DNA of 64,000 nucleotides from positions 373,488,001-373,552,000 of the forward strand of contig OZ024742.1 in the NCBI GenBank assembly GCA_964016885.1, given 5' to 3'. Shown in pieces: positions 42,650 through 59,300 of the stretch (position 1 is the first letter of the stretch; each line of letters starts with the position of its first letter). Source of the DNA: Eledone cirrhosa. Lineage: Eukaryota. Under the pieces are notes generated by a model that saw only the letters and a program-made list of their open reading frames with translations, was not told where the DNA came from and made no database searches. Both the position numbers and the translations under genes were made by a program.

Positions 42650-45600
42650 TCCCACAAGCCACATATTAGTCTGATAGTCCCACAGGTCACATACTTCTGA
42701 TAGTCCCACAAACCACATATCTCTGATAGTCCCACAACCCACATATTAGTCTGATAGTCCATCAAGCCACATACCTCTGATAGTCCCACAAGCCACATAC
42801 CTCTGATAGTCCCACAAGTCACATACCTCTGATAGTCCCACAAGTCACATACCTCTGATAGTCCCACAAGCCACATACCTCTGATAGTACCACAAGCCAC
42901 ATACCTCTGATTGTCCCACAAGCCACATACCTCTGATAGTCCCACAAGGCACATACCTCTGATAGTCCCACAAGCCACATATTAGTCTGATAGTCCCACA
43001 AGCCACATACCTCTGATAGTCCCACAAGCCACATATTAGTCTGATAGTCCCACAAGTCACATACCTCTGATTGTCCCACAAGCCACATATTAGTCTGATA
43101 GTCCCACAAGTCACATACCTCTGATAGTCTTACAAGCCACATATTAGTATGATAGTCCCACAAGCCACATGCCTCTGATAGTCCCACAAGCCTCATATTA
43201 GTCTGATAGTCCCACAAGTCACATACCTCTGATAGTCCCACAAGCCACATATTAGTCTGATAGTCCCACAAATCACATACCTTTGATAGTCCCACAAGCC
43301 ACATATTAATCTGATAGTCCCACAAGCCACATACCTCTGATAGTCCCACAAGCCACATATTAGTCTGATAGTCCCACAAGCCACATACCTCTGATAGTCC
43401 CACAAGCCACATACCTCTGATAGTCCCACAAGCCACATATCTCTGATAGTCCCACAAGCCACATACCTCTGATAGTCCCACAAGTCACATACCTTTGGTA
43501 GTCCTACAAGCAACATATTAATCTGATAGTCCCACAAACCACATATCTCTGATAGTCCCACACGCAACATATTAGTCTGATAGTCCCACAAGCCACATAC
43601 TTCTGATAGTCCCACAAGCCACATATTAGTCTGATAGTCCCACAAGCCACATACCTCTGATAGTCTCACAAGCCACATATTAGTCTGATAGTCCCACAAG
43701 TCACATACCTCTGATAGTCCCACAAGTCACATACCTCTTATAGTCCCACAAACCACATACTTCTGATAGTCCCACATGCCACATATTAGTCTGATAGTCC
43801 CACAAGCCACATACCTCTGATAGTCCCACAAGCCACATACCTCTGATAGTCCCACAAGCCACATATTAGTCTGATAGTCCCACAAGTCACATACCTCTGA
43901 TAGTCCCACAAACCACATATTAGTCTGATAGTTCCACAAGCGACATACCTCTGATAGTCCCACAAGCCACATATTAGTCTGATAGTCCCACAGGTCACAT
44001 ATCTCTGATAGTCCCACAAGCGACATACCTCTGATAGTCCCACAAGCCACATACCTCTGATAGTCCCACAAGCCACATACCTCTGATAGTCTCACAAGCC
44101 ACATACCTCTGATAGTCCCACTAGCCACATACCTCTGATAGTCCCACAAGCTACATACCTCTCATAGTCCCACAAGCCACATACCTCTCATAGTCCAACA
44201 CGCCACATATTAGTTTGATAGTCCCACAAGCCACATACCTCTGATAGTCCCACAAACCACATACCTCTGATAGTCCCACAAGCCGCATATTAGTCTGATA
44301 GTCCCACAGGTCACATACCTCTGATAGTCCCACAAGCCACATACCTCTGATAGTCCCACAAGCCACATATTAGTCTGATAGTCCCACAAATCACATACCT
44401 CTGATAGTCCCACAAGCTACATATTAGTCTGATAGTCCCACAAGTCACATACCTCTGATAGTCCCACAAGCCACATACCTCTGATAGTCCCACAAGCCAC
44501 ATACCTCTGATAGTCTCACAAGCCACATACCTCTGATAGTCCCACTAGCCACATACCTCTGATAGTCCCACAAGCTACATACCTCTCATAGTCCCACAAG
44601 CCACATACCTCTCATAGTCCAACACGCCACATATTAGTTTGATAGTCCCACAAGCCACATACCTCTGATAGTCTTACAAGCCACATATTAGTATGATAGT
44701 CCCACAAGCCACATGCCTCTGATAGTCCCACAAGCCACATATTAGTCTGATAGTCCCACAAGTCACATACCTCTGATAGTCCCACAAGCCACATATTAGT
44801 CTGATAGTCCCACAAATCACATACCTTTGATAGTCTTACAAGCCACATATTAGTATGATAGTCCCACAAGCCACATGCCTCTGATAGTCCCACAAGCCAC
44901 ATATTAGTCTGATAGTCCCACAAGTCACATACCTCTGATAGTCCCACAAGCCACATATTAGTCTGATAGTCCCACAAATCACATACCTTTGATAGTCCCA
45001 CAAGCCACATATTAATCTGATAGTCCCACAAGCCACATACCTCTGATAGTCCCACACGCCACATATTAGTCTGATAGTCCCACAAGCCACATACCTCTGA
45101 TAGTCCCACAAGCCACATACCTCTGATAGTCCCACAAGCCACATACCTCTGATAGTCCCACAAGCCACATACCTCTGATAGTCCCACAAGTCACATACCT
45201 TTGGTAGTCCTACAAGCAACATATTAATCTGATAGTCCCACAAGCCACATGCCTCTGATAGTCCCACAAGCCACATATTAGTCTGATAGTCCCACAAGCC
45301 ACATACCTCTGATAGTCTCACAAGCCACATATTAGTCTGATAGTCCCACAAGTCACATACCTCTGATAGTCCCACAAGTCACATACCTCTTATAGTCCCA
45401 CAAACCACATACTTCTGATAGTCCCACAAGCCACATATTAGTCTGATAGTCCCACAAGCCACATACCTCTGATAGTCCCACAAGCCACATACCTCTGATA
45501 GTCCCACAAGCCACATATTAGTCTGATAGTCCCACAAGTCACATACCTCTGATAGTCCCACAAACCACATATTAGTCTGATAGTTCCACAAGCGACATAC

Positions 45601-48600
45601 CTCTGATAGTCCCACAAGCCACATATTAGTCTGATAGTCCCACAGGTCACATATCTCTGATAGTCCCACAAGCGACATACCTCTGATAGTCCCACAAGCC
45701 ACATACCTCTGATAGTCCCACAAGCCACATACCTCTGATAGTCTCACAAGCCACATACCTCTGATAGTCCCACTAGCCACATACCTCTGATAGTCCCACA
45801 AGCTACATACCTCTCATAGTCCCACAAGCCACATACCTCTCATAGTCCAACACGCCACATATTAGTTTGATAGTCCCACAAGCCACATACCTCTGATAGT
45901 CCCACAAACCACATACCTCTGATAGTCCCACAAGCCGCATATTAGTCTGATAGTCCCACAGGTCACATACCTCTGATAGTCCCACAAGCCACATACCTCT
46001 GATAGTCCCACAAGCCACATATTAGTCTGATAGTCCCACAAATCACATACCTCTGATAGTCCCACAAGCTACATATTAGTCTGATAGTCCCACAAGTCAC
46101 ATACCTCTGATAGTCCCACAAGCCACATACCTCTGATAGTCCCACAAGCCACATACCTCTGATAGTCTCACAAGCCACATACCTCTCATAGTCCCACTAG
46201 CCACATACCTCTGATAGTCCCACAAGCTACATACCTCTCATAGTCCCACAAGCCACATATTAGTTTGATAGTCCCACAAGCCACATACCTCTGATAGTCC
46301 CACAAACCACATACCTCTGATAGTCCCACAAGCCGCATATTAGTCTGATAGTCCCACAGGTCACATACCTCTGATAGTCCCACAAACCACATACCTCTGA
46401 TAGTCCCACAAGCCACATATTAGTCTGATAGTCCCACAAGTCACATACCTCTGATAGTCCCATAAGCCACATATTAATCTGATAGTCCCACAAGCCACAT
46501 ACATCTGATAGTCCCACAAGCCACATACCTCTGATAGTCCCACAAACCACATATTAGTCTGATAGTTCCACAAGCCACATACCTCTGATAGTCCCACAAG
46601 CCAGATAATTGTCTGATAGTCCCACAGGTCACATATCTCTGATAGTCCCACAAGCCACATACCTCTGATAGTCCCACAAGCCACATACCTCTGATAGTCC
46701 CACAAGCCACATACCTCTGATAGTCTCACAAGCCACATACCTCTGATAGTCCCACTAGCCACATACCTCTGACAGTCCCACAAGCTACATACCTCTCATA
46801 GTCCCACAAGCCACATACCTCACATAGTCCAACTCGCCACATATTAATCTGATAGTCCCACAAGCCACATACCTCTGATAGTCCCACAAACCACATACCT
46901 CTGATAGTCCCACAAGCCACATATTAGTCTGATAGTCCCACAGGTCACATACTTCTGATAGTCCCACAAACCACATATCTCTGATAGTCCCACAAGCCAC
47001 ATATTAGTCTGATAGTCCATCAAGCCACATACCTCTGATAGTCCCACAAGCCACATACCTCTGATAGTCCCACAAGTCACATACCTCTGATAGTCCCACA
47101 AGTCACATACCTCTGATAGTCCCACAAGCCACATACCTCTGATAGTACCACAAGCCACATACCTCTGATAGTCCCACAAGGCACATACCTCTGATAGTCC
47201 CACAAGCCACATATTAGTCTGATTGTCCCACAAGCCACATACCTCTGATAGTCCCACAAGCCACATATTAGTCTGATAGTCCCACAAGTCACATACCTCT
47301 GATTGTCCCACAAGCCATATATTAGTCTGATAGTCCCACAAGTCACATACCTCTGATAGTCTTACAAGCCACATATTAGTATGATAGTCCCACAAGCCAC
47401 ATGCCTCTGATAGTCCCACAAGCCACATATTAGTCTGATAGTCCCACAAGTCACATACCTCTGATAGTCCCACAAGCCACATATTAGTCTGATAGTCCCA
47501 CAAATCACATACCTTTGATAGTCCCACAAGCCACATATTAATCTGATAGTCCCACAAGCCACATACCTCTGATAGTCCCACAAGCCACATATTAGTCTGA
47601 TAGTCCCACAAGCCACATACCTCTGATAGTACCACAAGCCACATGCCTCTGATAGTCCCACAAGCCACATACCTCTGATAGTCCCACAAGCCACATACCT
47701 CTGATAGTCCCACAAGTCACATACCTTTGGTAGTCCTACAAGCAACATATTAATCTGATAGTCCCACAAACCACATATCTCTGATAGTCCCACACGCAAC
47801 ATATTAGTCTGATAGTCCCACAAGCCACATACCTCTGATAGTCCCACAAGCCACATATTAGTCTGATAGTCCCACAAGCCACATACCTCTGATAGTCCCA
47901 CAAGCCACATACCTCTGATAGTCCCACAAGTCACATACCTCTGATAGTCCCACAAGCCACATACCTCTGATAGTCCCACAAGTCACATACCTTTGGTAGT
48001 CCTACAAGCAACATATTAATCTGATAGTCCCACAAACCACATACCTCTGATAGTCCCACACGCAACATATTAGTCTGATAGTCCCACAAGCCACATACTT
48101 CTGATAGTCCCACAAGCCACATATTAGTCTGATAGTCCCACAAGCCACATACCTCTGATAGTCTCACAAGCCACATATTAGTCTGATAGTCCCACAAGCC
48201 ACATACTTCTGATAGTCCCACAAGCCACATATTAGTCTGATAGTCCCACAAGCCACATACCTCTGATAGTCTCACAAGCCACATATTAGTCTGATAGTCC
48301 CACAAGTCACATACCTCTTATAGTCCCACAAACCACATACTTCTGATAGTCCCACAAGCCACATACCTCTGATAGTCCCACAAGCCACATATTAGTCTGA
48401 TAGTCCCACAAGCCACATACCTCTGATAGTCCCACAAGCCACATACCTCTGATAGTCCCACAAGCCACATATTAGTCTGATAGTCCCACAAGTCACATAC
48501 CTCTGATAGTCCCACAAACCACATATTAGTCTGATAGTTCCACAAGCCACATACCTCTGATAGTCCCACAAGCCACATATTAGTCTGATAGTCCCACAGG

Positions 48601-51600
48601 TCACATATCTCTGATAGTCCCACAAGCGACATACCTCTGATAGTCCCACAAGCCACATACCTCTGATAGTCCCACAAGCCACATACCTCTGATAGTCTCA
48701 CAAGCCACATACCTCTGATAGTCCCACTAGCCACATACCTCTGATAGTCCCACAAGCTACATACCTCTCATAGTCCAACACGCCACATATTAGTTTGATA
48801 GTCCCACAAGCCACATACCTCTGATAGTCCCACAAACCACATACCTCTGATAGTCTCACAAGCCGCATATTAGTCTGATAGTCCCACAGGTCACATACCT
48901 CTGATAGTCCCACAAACCACATACCTCTGATAGTCCCACAAGCCACATATTAGTCTGATAGTCCCACAAGTCACATACCTCTGATAGTCCCATAAGCCAC
49001 ATATTAATCTGATAGTCCCACAAGCCACATACATCTGATAGTCCCACAAGCCACATACCTCTGATAGTCCCACAAACCACATATTAGTCTGATAGTTCCA
49101 CAAGCCACATACCTCTGATAGTCCCACAAGCCACATACCTCTGATAGTCTCACAAGCCACATACCTCTGATAGTCCCACTAGCCACATACCTCTGACAGT
49201 CCCACAAGCTACATACCCCTCATAGTCCCACAAGCCACATACCTCTCATAGTCCAACACGCCACATATTAGTTTGATAGTCCCACAAGCCACATACCTCT
49301 GATAGTCCCACAAACCACATACCTCTGATAGTCCCACAAGCCACATATTAGTATGATAGTCCCACAGGTCACATACTTCTGATAGTCCCACAAACCACAT
49401 ATCTCTGATAGTCCCACAAGCCACATATTAATCTGATAGTCCATCAAGCCACATACCTCTGATAGTCCCACAAGCCACATACCTCTGATAGTCCCACAAG
49501 TCACATACCTCTGATAGTCCCACAAGTCACATACCTCTGATAGTCCCACAAGCCACATACCTCTGATAGTACCACAAGCCACATACCTCTGATTGTCCCA
49601 CAAGCCACATACCTCTGATAGTCCCACAAGGCACATACCTCTGATAGTCCCACAAGCCACATATTAGTCTGATAGTCCCACAAGCCACATACCTCTGATA
49701 GTCCCACAAGCCACATATTAGTCTGATAGTCCCACAAGTCACATACCTCTGATTGTCCCACAAGCCACATATTAGTCTGATAGTCCCACAAGTCACATAC
49801 CTCTGATAGTCTTACAAGCCACATATTAGTATGATAGTCCCACAAGCCACATGCCTCTGATAGTCCCACAAGCCACATATTAGTCTGATAGTCCCACAAG
49901 TCACATACCTCTGATAGTCCCACAAGCCACATATTAGTCTGATAGTCCCACAAATCACATACCTTTGATAGTCCCACAAGCCACATATTAATCTGATAGT
50001 CCCACAAGCCACATACCTCTGATAGTCCCACAAGCCACATATTAGTCTGATAGTCCCACAAGCCACATACCTCTGATAGTCCCACAAGCCACATACCTCT
50101 GATAGTCCCACAAGCCACATACCTCTGATAGTCCCACAAGCCACATACCTCTGATAGTCCCACAAGTCACATATCTTTGGTAGTCCTACAAGCAACATAT
50201 TAATCTGATAGTCCCACAAACCACATACCTCTGATAGTCCCACACGCAACATATTAGTCTGATAGTCCCACAAGCCACATACTTCTGATAGTCCCACAAG
50301 CCACATATTAGTCTGATAGTCCCACAAGCCACATACCTCTGATAGTCTCACAAGCCACATATTAGTCTGATAGTCCCACAAGTCACATACCTCTTATAGT
50401 CCCACAAACCACATACTTCTGATAGTCCCACAAGCCACATACCTCTGATAGTCCCACAAGCCACATATTAGTCTGATAGTCCCACAAGCGACATACCTCT
50501 GATAGTCCCACAAGCCACATACCTCTGATAGTCCCACAAGCCACATACCTCTGATAGTCTCACAAGCCACATACCTCTGATAGTCCCACTAGCCACATAC
50601 CTCTGATAGTCCCACAAGCTACATACCTCTCATAGTCCAACACGCCACATATAATTTTGATAGTCCCACAAGCCACATACCTCTGATAGTCCCACAAACC
50701 ACATACCTCTGATAGTCCCACAAGCCGCATATTAGTCTGATAGTCCCACAGGTCACATACCTCTGATAGTCCCACAAACCACATACCTCTGATAGTCCCA
50801 CAAGCCACATATTAGTCTGATAGTCCCACAAGTCACATACCTCTGATAGTCCCATAAGCCACATATTAATCTGATAGTCCCACAAGCCACATACATCTGA
50901 TAGCCCCACAAGCCACATACCTCTGATAGTCCCACAAACCACATATTAGTCTGATAGTTCCACAAGCCACATCCCTCTGATAGTCCCACAAGCCAGATAA
51001 TTGTCTGATAGTCCCACAGGTCACATATCTCTGATAGTCCCACAAGCCACATAACTCTGATAGTCCCACAAGCCACATACTTCTGATAGTCCCACAAGCC
51101 ACATACCTCTGATAGTCTCACAAGCCACATACCTCTGATAGTCCCACTAGCCACATACCTCTGACAGTCCCACAAGCTACATACCTCTCATAGTCCCACA
51201 AGCCACATACCTCACATAGTCCAACACGCCACATATTAGTTTGATAGTCCCACAAGCCACATACCTCTGATAGTCCCACAAACCACATACCTCTGATAGT
51301 CCCACAAGCCACATATTAGTCTGATAGTCCCACAGGTCACATACTTCTGATAGTCCCACAAACCACATATCTCTGATAGTCCCACAACCCACATATTAGT
51401 CTGATAGTCCATCAAGCCACATACCTCTGATAGTCCCACAAGCCACATACCTCTGATAGTCCCACAAGTCACATACCTCTGATAGTCCCACAAGTCACAT
51501 ACCTCTGATAGTCCCACAAGCCACATACCTCTGATAGTACCACAAGCCACATACCTCTGATTGTCCCACAAGCCACATACCTCTGATAGTCCCACAAGGC

Positions 51601-51630
51601 ACATACCTCTGATAGTCCCACAAGCCACAT
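42650..51630 (+). repeat. Second large segmental duplication, left copy (offset 10,726 then 10,962 bp)
   Basis: Markers 43497/54223 and 45203/55929 are offset by +10726. Markers 47729/58691, 47995/58957 and 50179/61141 are offset by +10962. Shared rare variants include ccaactcgcc, atccctct, ataactct and atatctttgg. Boundaries are approximate. Confidence 0.88.
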
Positions 51631-53374
51631 ATTAGTCTGATAGTCCCACAAGTCACATACCTCTGATTGTCCCACAAGCCACATATTAGTCTGATAGTCC
51701 CACAAGTCACATACCTCTGATAGTCTTACAAGCCACATATTAGTATGATAGTCCCACAAGCCACATGCCTCTGATAGTCCCACAAGCCTCATATTAGTCT
51801 GATAGTCCCACAAGTCACATACCTCTGATAGTCCCACAAGCCACATATTAGTCTGATAGTCCCACAAATCACATACCTTTGATAGTCCCACAAGCCACAT
51901 ATTAATCTGATAGTCCCACAAGCCACATACCTCTGATAGTCCCACAAGCCACATATTAGTCTGATAGTCCCACAAGCCACATACCTCTGATAGTCCCACA
52001 AGCCACATACCTCTGATAGTCCCACAAGCCACATATCTCTGATAGTCCCACAAGCCACATACCTCTGATAGTCCCACAAGTCACATACCTTTGGTAGTCC
52101 TACAAGCAACATATTAATCTGATAGTCCCACAAACCACATATCTCTGATAGTCCCACACGCAACATATTAGTCTGATAGTCCCACAAGCCACATACTTCT
52201 GATAGTCCCACAAGCCACATATTAGTCTGATAGTCCCACAAGCCACATACCTCTGATAGTCTCACAAGCCACATATTAGTCTGATAGTCCCACAAGTCAC
52301 ATACCTCTGATAGTCCCACAAGTCACATACCTCTTATAGTCCCACAAACCACATACTTCTGATAGTCCCACATGCCACATATTAGTCTGATAGTCCCACA
52401 AGCCACATACCTCTGATAGTCCCACAAGCCACATACCTCTGATAGTCCCACAAGCCACATATTAGTCTGATAGTCCCACAAGTCACATACCTCTGATAGT
52501 CCCACAAACCACATATTAGTCTGATAGTTCCACAAGCGACATACCTCTGATAGTCCCACAAGCCACATATTAGTCTGATAGTCCCACAGGTCACATATCT
52601 CTGATAGTCCCACAAGCGACATACCTCTGATAGTCCCACAAGCCACATACCTCTGATAGTCCCACAAGCCACATACCTCTGATAGTCTCACAAGCCACAT
52701 ACCTCTGATAGTCCCACTAGCCACATACCTCTGATAGTCCCACAAGCTACATACCTCTCATAGTCCCACAAGCCACATACCTCTCATAGTCCAACACGCC
52801 ACATATTAGTTTGATAGTCCCACAAGCCACATACCTCTGATAGTCCCACAAACCACATACCTCTGATAGTCCCACAAGCCGCATATTAGTCTGATAGTCC
52901 CACAGGTCACATACCTCTGATAGTCCCACAAGCCACATACCTCTGATAGTCCCACAAGCCACATATTAGTCTGATAGTCCCACAAATCACATACCTCTGA
53001 TAGTCCCACAAGCTACATATTAGTCTGATAGTCCCACAAGTCACATACCTCTGATAGTCCCACAAGCCACATACCTCTGATAGTCCCACAAGCCACATAC
53101 CTCTGATAGTCTCACAAGCCACATACCTCTGATAGTCCCACTAGCCACATACCTCTGATAGTCCCACAAGCTACATACCTCTCATAGTCCCACAAGCCAC
53201 ATACCTCTCATAGTCCAACACGCCACATATTAGTTTGATAGTCCCACAAGCCACATACCTCTGATAGTCTTACAAGCCACATATTAGTATGATAGTCCCA
53301 CAAGCCACATGCCTCTGATAGTCCCACAAGCCACATATTAGTCTGATAGTCCCACAAGTCACATACCTCTGATA

Positions 53375-56300
53375 GTCCCACAAGCCACATATTAGTCTGA
53401 TAGTCCCACAGGTCACATACTTCTGATAGTCCCACAAACCACATATCTCTGATAGTCCCACAACCCACATATTAGTCTGATAGTCCATCAAGCCACATAC
53501 CTCTGATAGTCCCACAAGCCACATACCTCTGATAGTCCCACAAGTCACATACCTCTGATAGTCCCACAAGTCACATACCTCTGATAGTCCCACAAGCCAC
53601 ATACCTCTGATAGTACCACAAGCCACATACCTCTGATTGTCCCACAAGCCACATACCTCTGATAGTCCCACAAGGCACATACCTCTGATAGTCCCACAAG
53701 CCACATATTAGTCTGATAGTCCCACAAGCCACATACCTCTGATAGTCCCACAAGCCACATATTAGTCTGATAGTCCCACAAGTCACATACCTCTGATTGT
53801 CCCACAAGCCACATATTAGTCTGATAGTCCCACAAGTCACATACCTCTGATAGTCTTACAAGCCACATATTAGTATGATAGTCCCACAAGCCACATGCCT
53901 CTGATAGTCCCACAAGCCTCATATTAGTCTGATAGTCCCACAAGTCACATACCTCTGATAGTCCCACAAGCCACATATTAGTCTGATAGTCCCACAAATC
54001 ACATACCTTTGATAGTCCCACAAGCCACATATTAATCTGATAGTCCCACAAGCCACATACCTCTGATAGTCCCACAAGCCACATATTAGTCTGATAGTCC
54101 CACAAGCCACATACCTCTGATAGTCCCACAAGCCACATACCTCTGATAGTCCCACAAGCCACATATCTCTGATAGTCCCACAAGCCACATACCTCTGATA
54201 GTCCCACAAGTCACATACCTTTGGTAGTCCTACAAGCAACATATTAATCTGATAGTCCCACAAACCACATATCTCTGATAGTCCCACACGCAACATATTA
54301 GTCTGATAGTCCCACAAGCCACATACTTCTGATAGTCCCACAAGCCACATATTAGTCTGATAGTCCCACAAGCCACATACCTCTGATAGTCTCACAAGCC
54401 ACATATTAGTCTGATAGTCCCACAAGTCACATACCTCTGATAGTCCCACAAGTCACATACCTCTTATAGTCCCACAAACCACATACTTCTGATAGTCCCA
54501 CATGCCACATATTAGTCTGATAGTCCCACAAGCCACATACCTCTGATAGTCCCACAAGCCACATACCTCTGATAGTCCCACAAGCCACATATTAGTCTGA
54601 TAGTCCCACAAGTCACATACCTCTGATAGTCCCACAAACCACATATTAGTCTGATAGTTCCACAAGCGACATACCTCTGATAGTCCCACAAGCCACATAT
54701 TAGTCTGATAGTCCCACAGGTCACATATCTCTGATAGTCCCACAAGCGACATACCTCTGATAGTCCCACAAGCCACATACCTCTGATAGTCCCACAAGCC
54801 ACATACCTCTGATAGTCTCACAAGCCACATACCTCTGATAGTCCCACTAGCCACATACCTCTGATAGTCCCACAAGCTACATACCTCTCATAGTCCCACA
54901 AGCCACATACCTCTCATAGTCCAACACGCCACATATTAGTTTGATAGTCCCACAAGCCACATACCTCTGATAGTCCCACAAACCACATACCTCTGATAGT
55001 CCCACAAGCCGCATATTAGTCTGATAGTCCCACAGGTCACATACCTCTGATAGTCCCACAAGCCACATACCTCTGATAGTCCCACAAGCCACATATTAGT
55101 CTGATAGTCCCACAAATCACATACCTCTGATAGTCCCACAAGCTACATATTAGTCTGATAGTCCCACAAGTCACATACCTCTGATAGTCCCACAAGCCAC
55201 ATACCTCTGATAGTCCCACAAGCCACATACCTCTGATAGTCTCACAAGCCACATACCTCTGATAGTCCCACTAGCCACATACCTCTGATAGTCCCACAAG
55301 CTACATACCTCTCATAGTCCCACAAGCCACATACCTCTCATAGTCCAACACGCCACATATTAGTTTGATAGTCCCACAAGCCACATACCTCTGATAGTCT
55401 TACAAGCCACATATTAGTATGATAGTCCCACAAGCCACATGCCTCTGATAGTCCCACAAGCCACATATTAGTCTGATAGTCCCACAAGTCACATACCTCT
55501 GATAGTCCCACAAGCCACATATTAGTCTGATAGTCCCACAAATCACATACCTTTGATAGTCTTACAAGCCACATATTAGTATGATAGTCCCACAAGCCAC
55601 ATGCCTCTGATAGTCCCACAAGCCACATATTAGTCTGATAGTCCCACAAGTCACATACCTCTGATAGTCCCACAAGCCACATATTAGTCTGATAGTCCCA
55701 CAAATCACATACCTTTGATAGTCCCACAAGCCACATATTAATCTGATAGTCCCACAAGCCACATACCTCTGATAGTCCCACACGCCACATATTAGTCTGA
55801 TAGTCCCACAAGCCACATACCTCTGATAGTCCCACAAGCCACATACCTCTGATAGTCCCACAAGCCACATACCTCTGATAGTCCCACAAGCCACATACCT
55901 CTGATAGTCCCACAAGTCACATACCTTTGGTAGTCCTACAAGCAACATATTAATCTGATAGTCCCACAAGCCACATGCCTCTGATAGTCCCACAAGCCAC
56001 ATATTAGTCTGATAGTCCCACAAGCCACATACCTCTGATAGTCTCACAAGCCACATATTAGTCTGATAGTCCCACAAGTCACATACCTCTGATAGTCCCA
56101 CAAGTCACATACCTCTTATAGTCCCACAAACCACATACTTCTGATAGTCCCACAAGCCACATATTAGTCTGATAGTCCCACAAGCCACATACCTCTGATA
56201 GTCCCACAAGCCACATACCTCTGATAGTCCCACAAGCCACATACCTCTGATAGTCCCACAAGCCACATACCTCTGATAGTCTCACAAGCCACATACCTCT

Positions 56301-59300
56301 GATAGTCCCACTAGCCACATACCTCTGATAGTCCCACAAGCTACATACCTCTCATAGTCCCACAAGCCACATACCTCTCATAGTCCAACACGCCACATAT
56401 TAGTTTGATAGTCCCACAAGCCACATACCTCTGATAGTCCCACAAACCACATACCTCTGATAGTCCCACAAGCCACATATTAGTCTGATAGTCCCACAAG
56501 TCACATACCTCTGATAGTCCCACAAACCACATATTAGTCTGATAGTTCCACAAGCGACATACCTCTGATAGTCCCACAAGCCACATATTAGTCTGATAGT
56601 CCCACAGGTCACATATCTCTGATAGTCCCACAAGCGACATACCTCTGATAGTCCCACAAGCCACATACCTCTGATAGTCCCACAAGCCACATACCTCTGA
56701 TAGTCTCACAAGCCACATACCTCTGATAGTCCCACTAGCCACATACCTCTGATAGTCCCACAAGCTACATACCTCTCATAGTCCCACAAGCCACATACCT
56801 CTCATAGTCCAACACGCCACATATTAGTTTGATAGTCCCACAAGCCACATACCTCTGATAGTCCCACAAACCACATACCTCTGATAGTCCCACAAGCCGC
56901 ATATTAGTCTGATAGTCCCACAGGTCACATACCTCTGATAGTCCCACAAGCCACATACCTCTGATAGTCCCACAAGCCACATATTAGTCTGATAGTCCCA
57001 CAAATCACATACCTCTGATAGTCCCACAAGCTACATATTAGTCTGATAGTCCCACAAGTCACATACCTCTGATAGTCCCACAAGCCACATACCTCTGATA
57101 GTCCCACAAGCCACATACCTCTGATAGTCTCACAAGCCACATACCTCTCATAGTCCCACTAGCCACATACCTCTGATAGTCCCACAAGCTACATACCTCT
57201 CATAGTCCCACAAGCCACATATTAGTTTGATAGTCCCACAAGCCACATACCTCTGATAGTCCCACAAACCACATACCTCTGATAGTCCCACAAGCCGCAT
57301 ATTAGTCTGATAGTCCCACAGGTCACATACCTCTGATAGTCCCACAAACCACATACCTCTGATAGTCCCACAAGCCACATATTAGTCTGATAGTCCCACA
57401 AGTCACATACCTCTGATAGTCCCATAAGCCACATATTAATCTGATAGTCCCACAAGCCACATACATCTGATAGTCCCACAAGCCACATACCTCTGATAGT
57501 CCCACAAACCACATATTAGTCTGATAGTTCCACAAGCCACATACCTCTGATAGTCCCACAAGCCAGATAATTGTCTGATAGTCCCACAGGTCACATATCT
57601 CTGATAGTCCCACAAGCCACATACCTCTGATAGTCCCACAAGCCACATACCTCTGATAGTCCCACAAGCCACATACCTCTGATAGTCTCACAAGCCACAT
57701 ACCTCTGATAGTCCCACTAGCCACATACCTCTGACAGTCCCACAAGCTACATACCTCTCATAGTCCCACAAGCCACATACCTCACATAGTCCAACTCGCC
57801 ACATATTAATCTGATAGTCCCACAAGCCACATACCTCTGATAGTCCCACAAACCACATACCTCTGATAGTCCCACAAGCCACATATTAGTCTGATAGTCC
57901 CACAGGTCACATACTTCTGATAGTCCCACAAACCACATATCTCTGATAGTCCCACAAGCCACATATTAGTCTGATAGTCCATCAAGCCACATACCTCTGA
58001 TAGTCCCACAAGCCACATACCTCTGATAGTCCCACAAGTCACATACCTCTGATAGTCCCACAAGTCACATACCTCTGATAGTCCCACAAGCCACATACCT
58101 CTGATAGTACCACAAGCCACATACCTCTGATAGTCCCACAAGGCACATACCTCTGATAGTCCCACAAGCCACATATTAGTCTGATTGTCCCACAAGCCAC
58201 ATACCTCTGATAGTCCCACAAGCCACATATTAGTCTGATAGTCCCACAAGTCACATACCTCTGATTGTCCCACAAGCCATATATTAGTCTGATAGTCCCA
58301 CAAGTCACATACCTCTGATAGTCTTACAAGCCACATATTAGTATGATAGTCCCACAAGCCACATGCCTCTGATAGTCCCACAAGCCACATATTAGTCTGA
58401 TAGTCCCACAAGTCACATACCTCTGATAGTCCCACAAGCCACATATTAGTCTGATAGTCCCACAAATCACATACCTTTGATAGTCCCACAAGCCACATAT
58501 TAATCTGATAGTCCCACAAGCCACATACCTCTGATAGTCCCACAAGCCACATATTAGTCTGATAGTCCCACAAGCCACATACCTCTGATAGTACCACAAG
58601 CCACATGCCTCTGATAGTCCCACAAGCCACATACCTCTGATAGTCCCACAAGCCACATACCTCTGATAGTCCCACAAGTCACATACCTTTGGTAGTCCTA
58701 CAAGCAACATATTAATCTGATAGTCCCACAAACCACATATCTCTGATAGTCCCACACGCAACATATTAGTCTGATAGTCCCACAAGCCACATACCTCTGA
58801 TAGTCCCACAAGCCACATATTAGTCTGATAGTCCCACAAGCCACATACCTCTGATAGTCCCACAAGCCACATACCTCTGATAGTCCCACAAGTCACATAC
58901 CTCTGATAGTCCCACAAGCCACATACCTCTGATAGTCCCACAAGTCACATACCTTTGGTAGTCCTACAAGCAACATATTAATCTGATAGTCCCACAAACC
59001 ACATACCTCTGATAGTCCCACACGCAACATATTAGTCTGATAGTCCCACAAGCCACATACTTCTGATAGTCCCACAAGCCACATATTAGTCTGATAGTCC
59101 CACAAGCCACATACCTCTGATAGTCTCACAAGCCACATATTAGTCTGATAGTCCCACAAGCCACATACTTCTGATAGTCCCACAAGCCACATATTAGTCT
59201 GATAGTCCCACAAGCCACATACCTCTGATAGTCTCACAAGCCACATATTAGTCTGATAGTCCCACAAGTCACATACCTCTTATAGTCCCACAAACCACAT

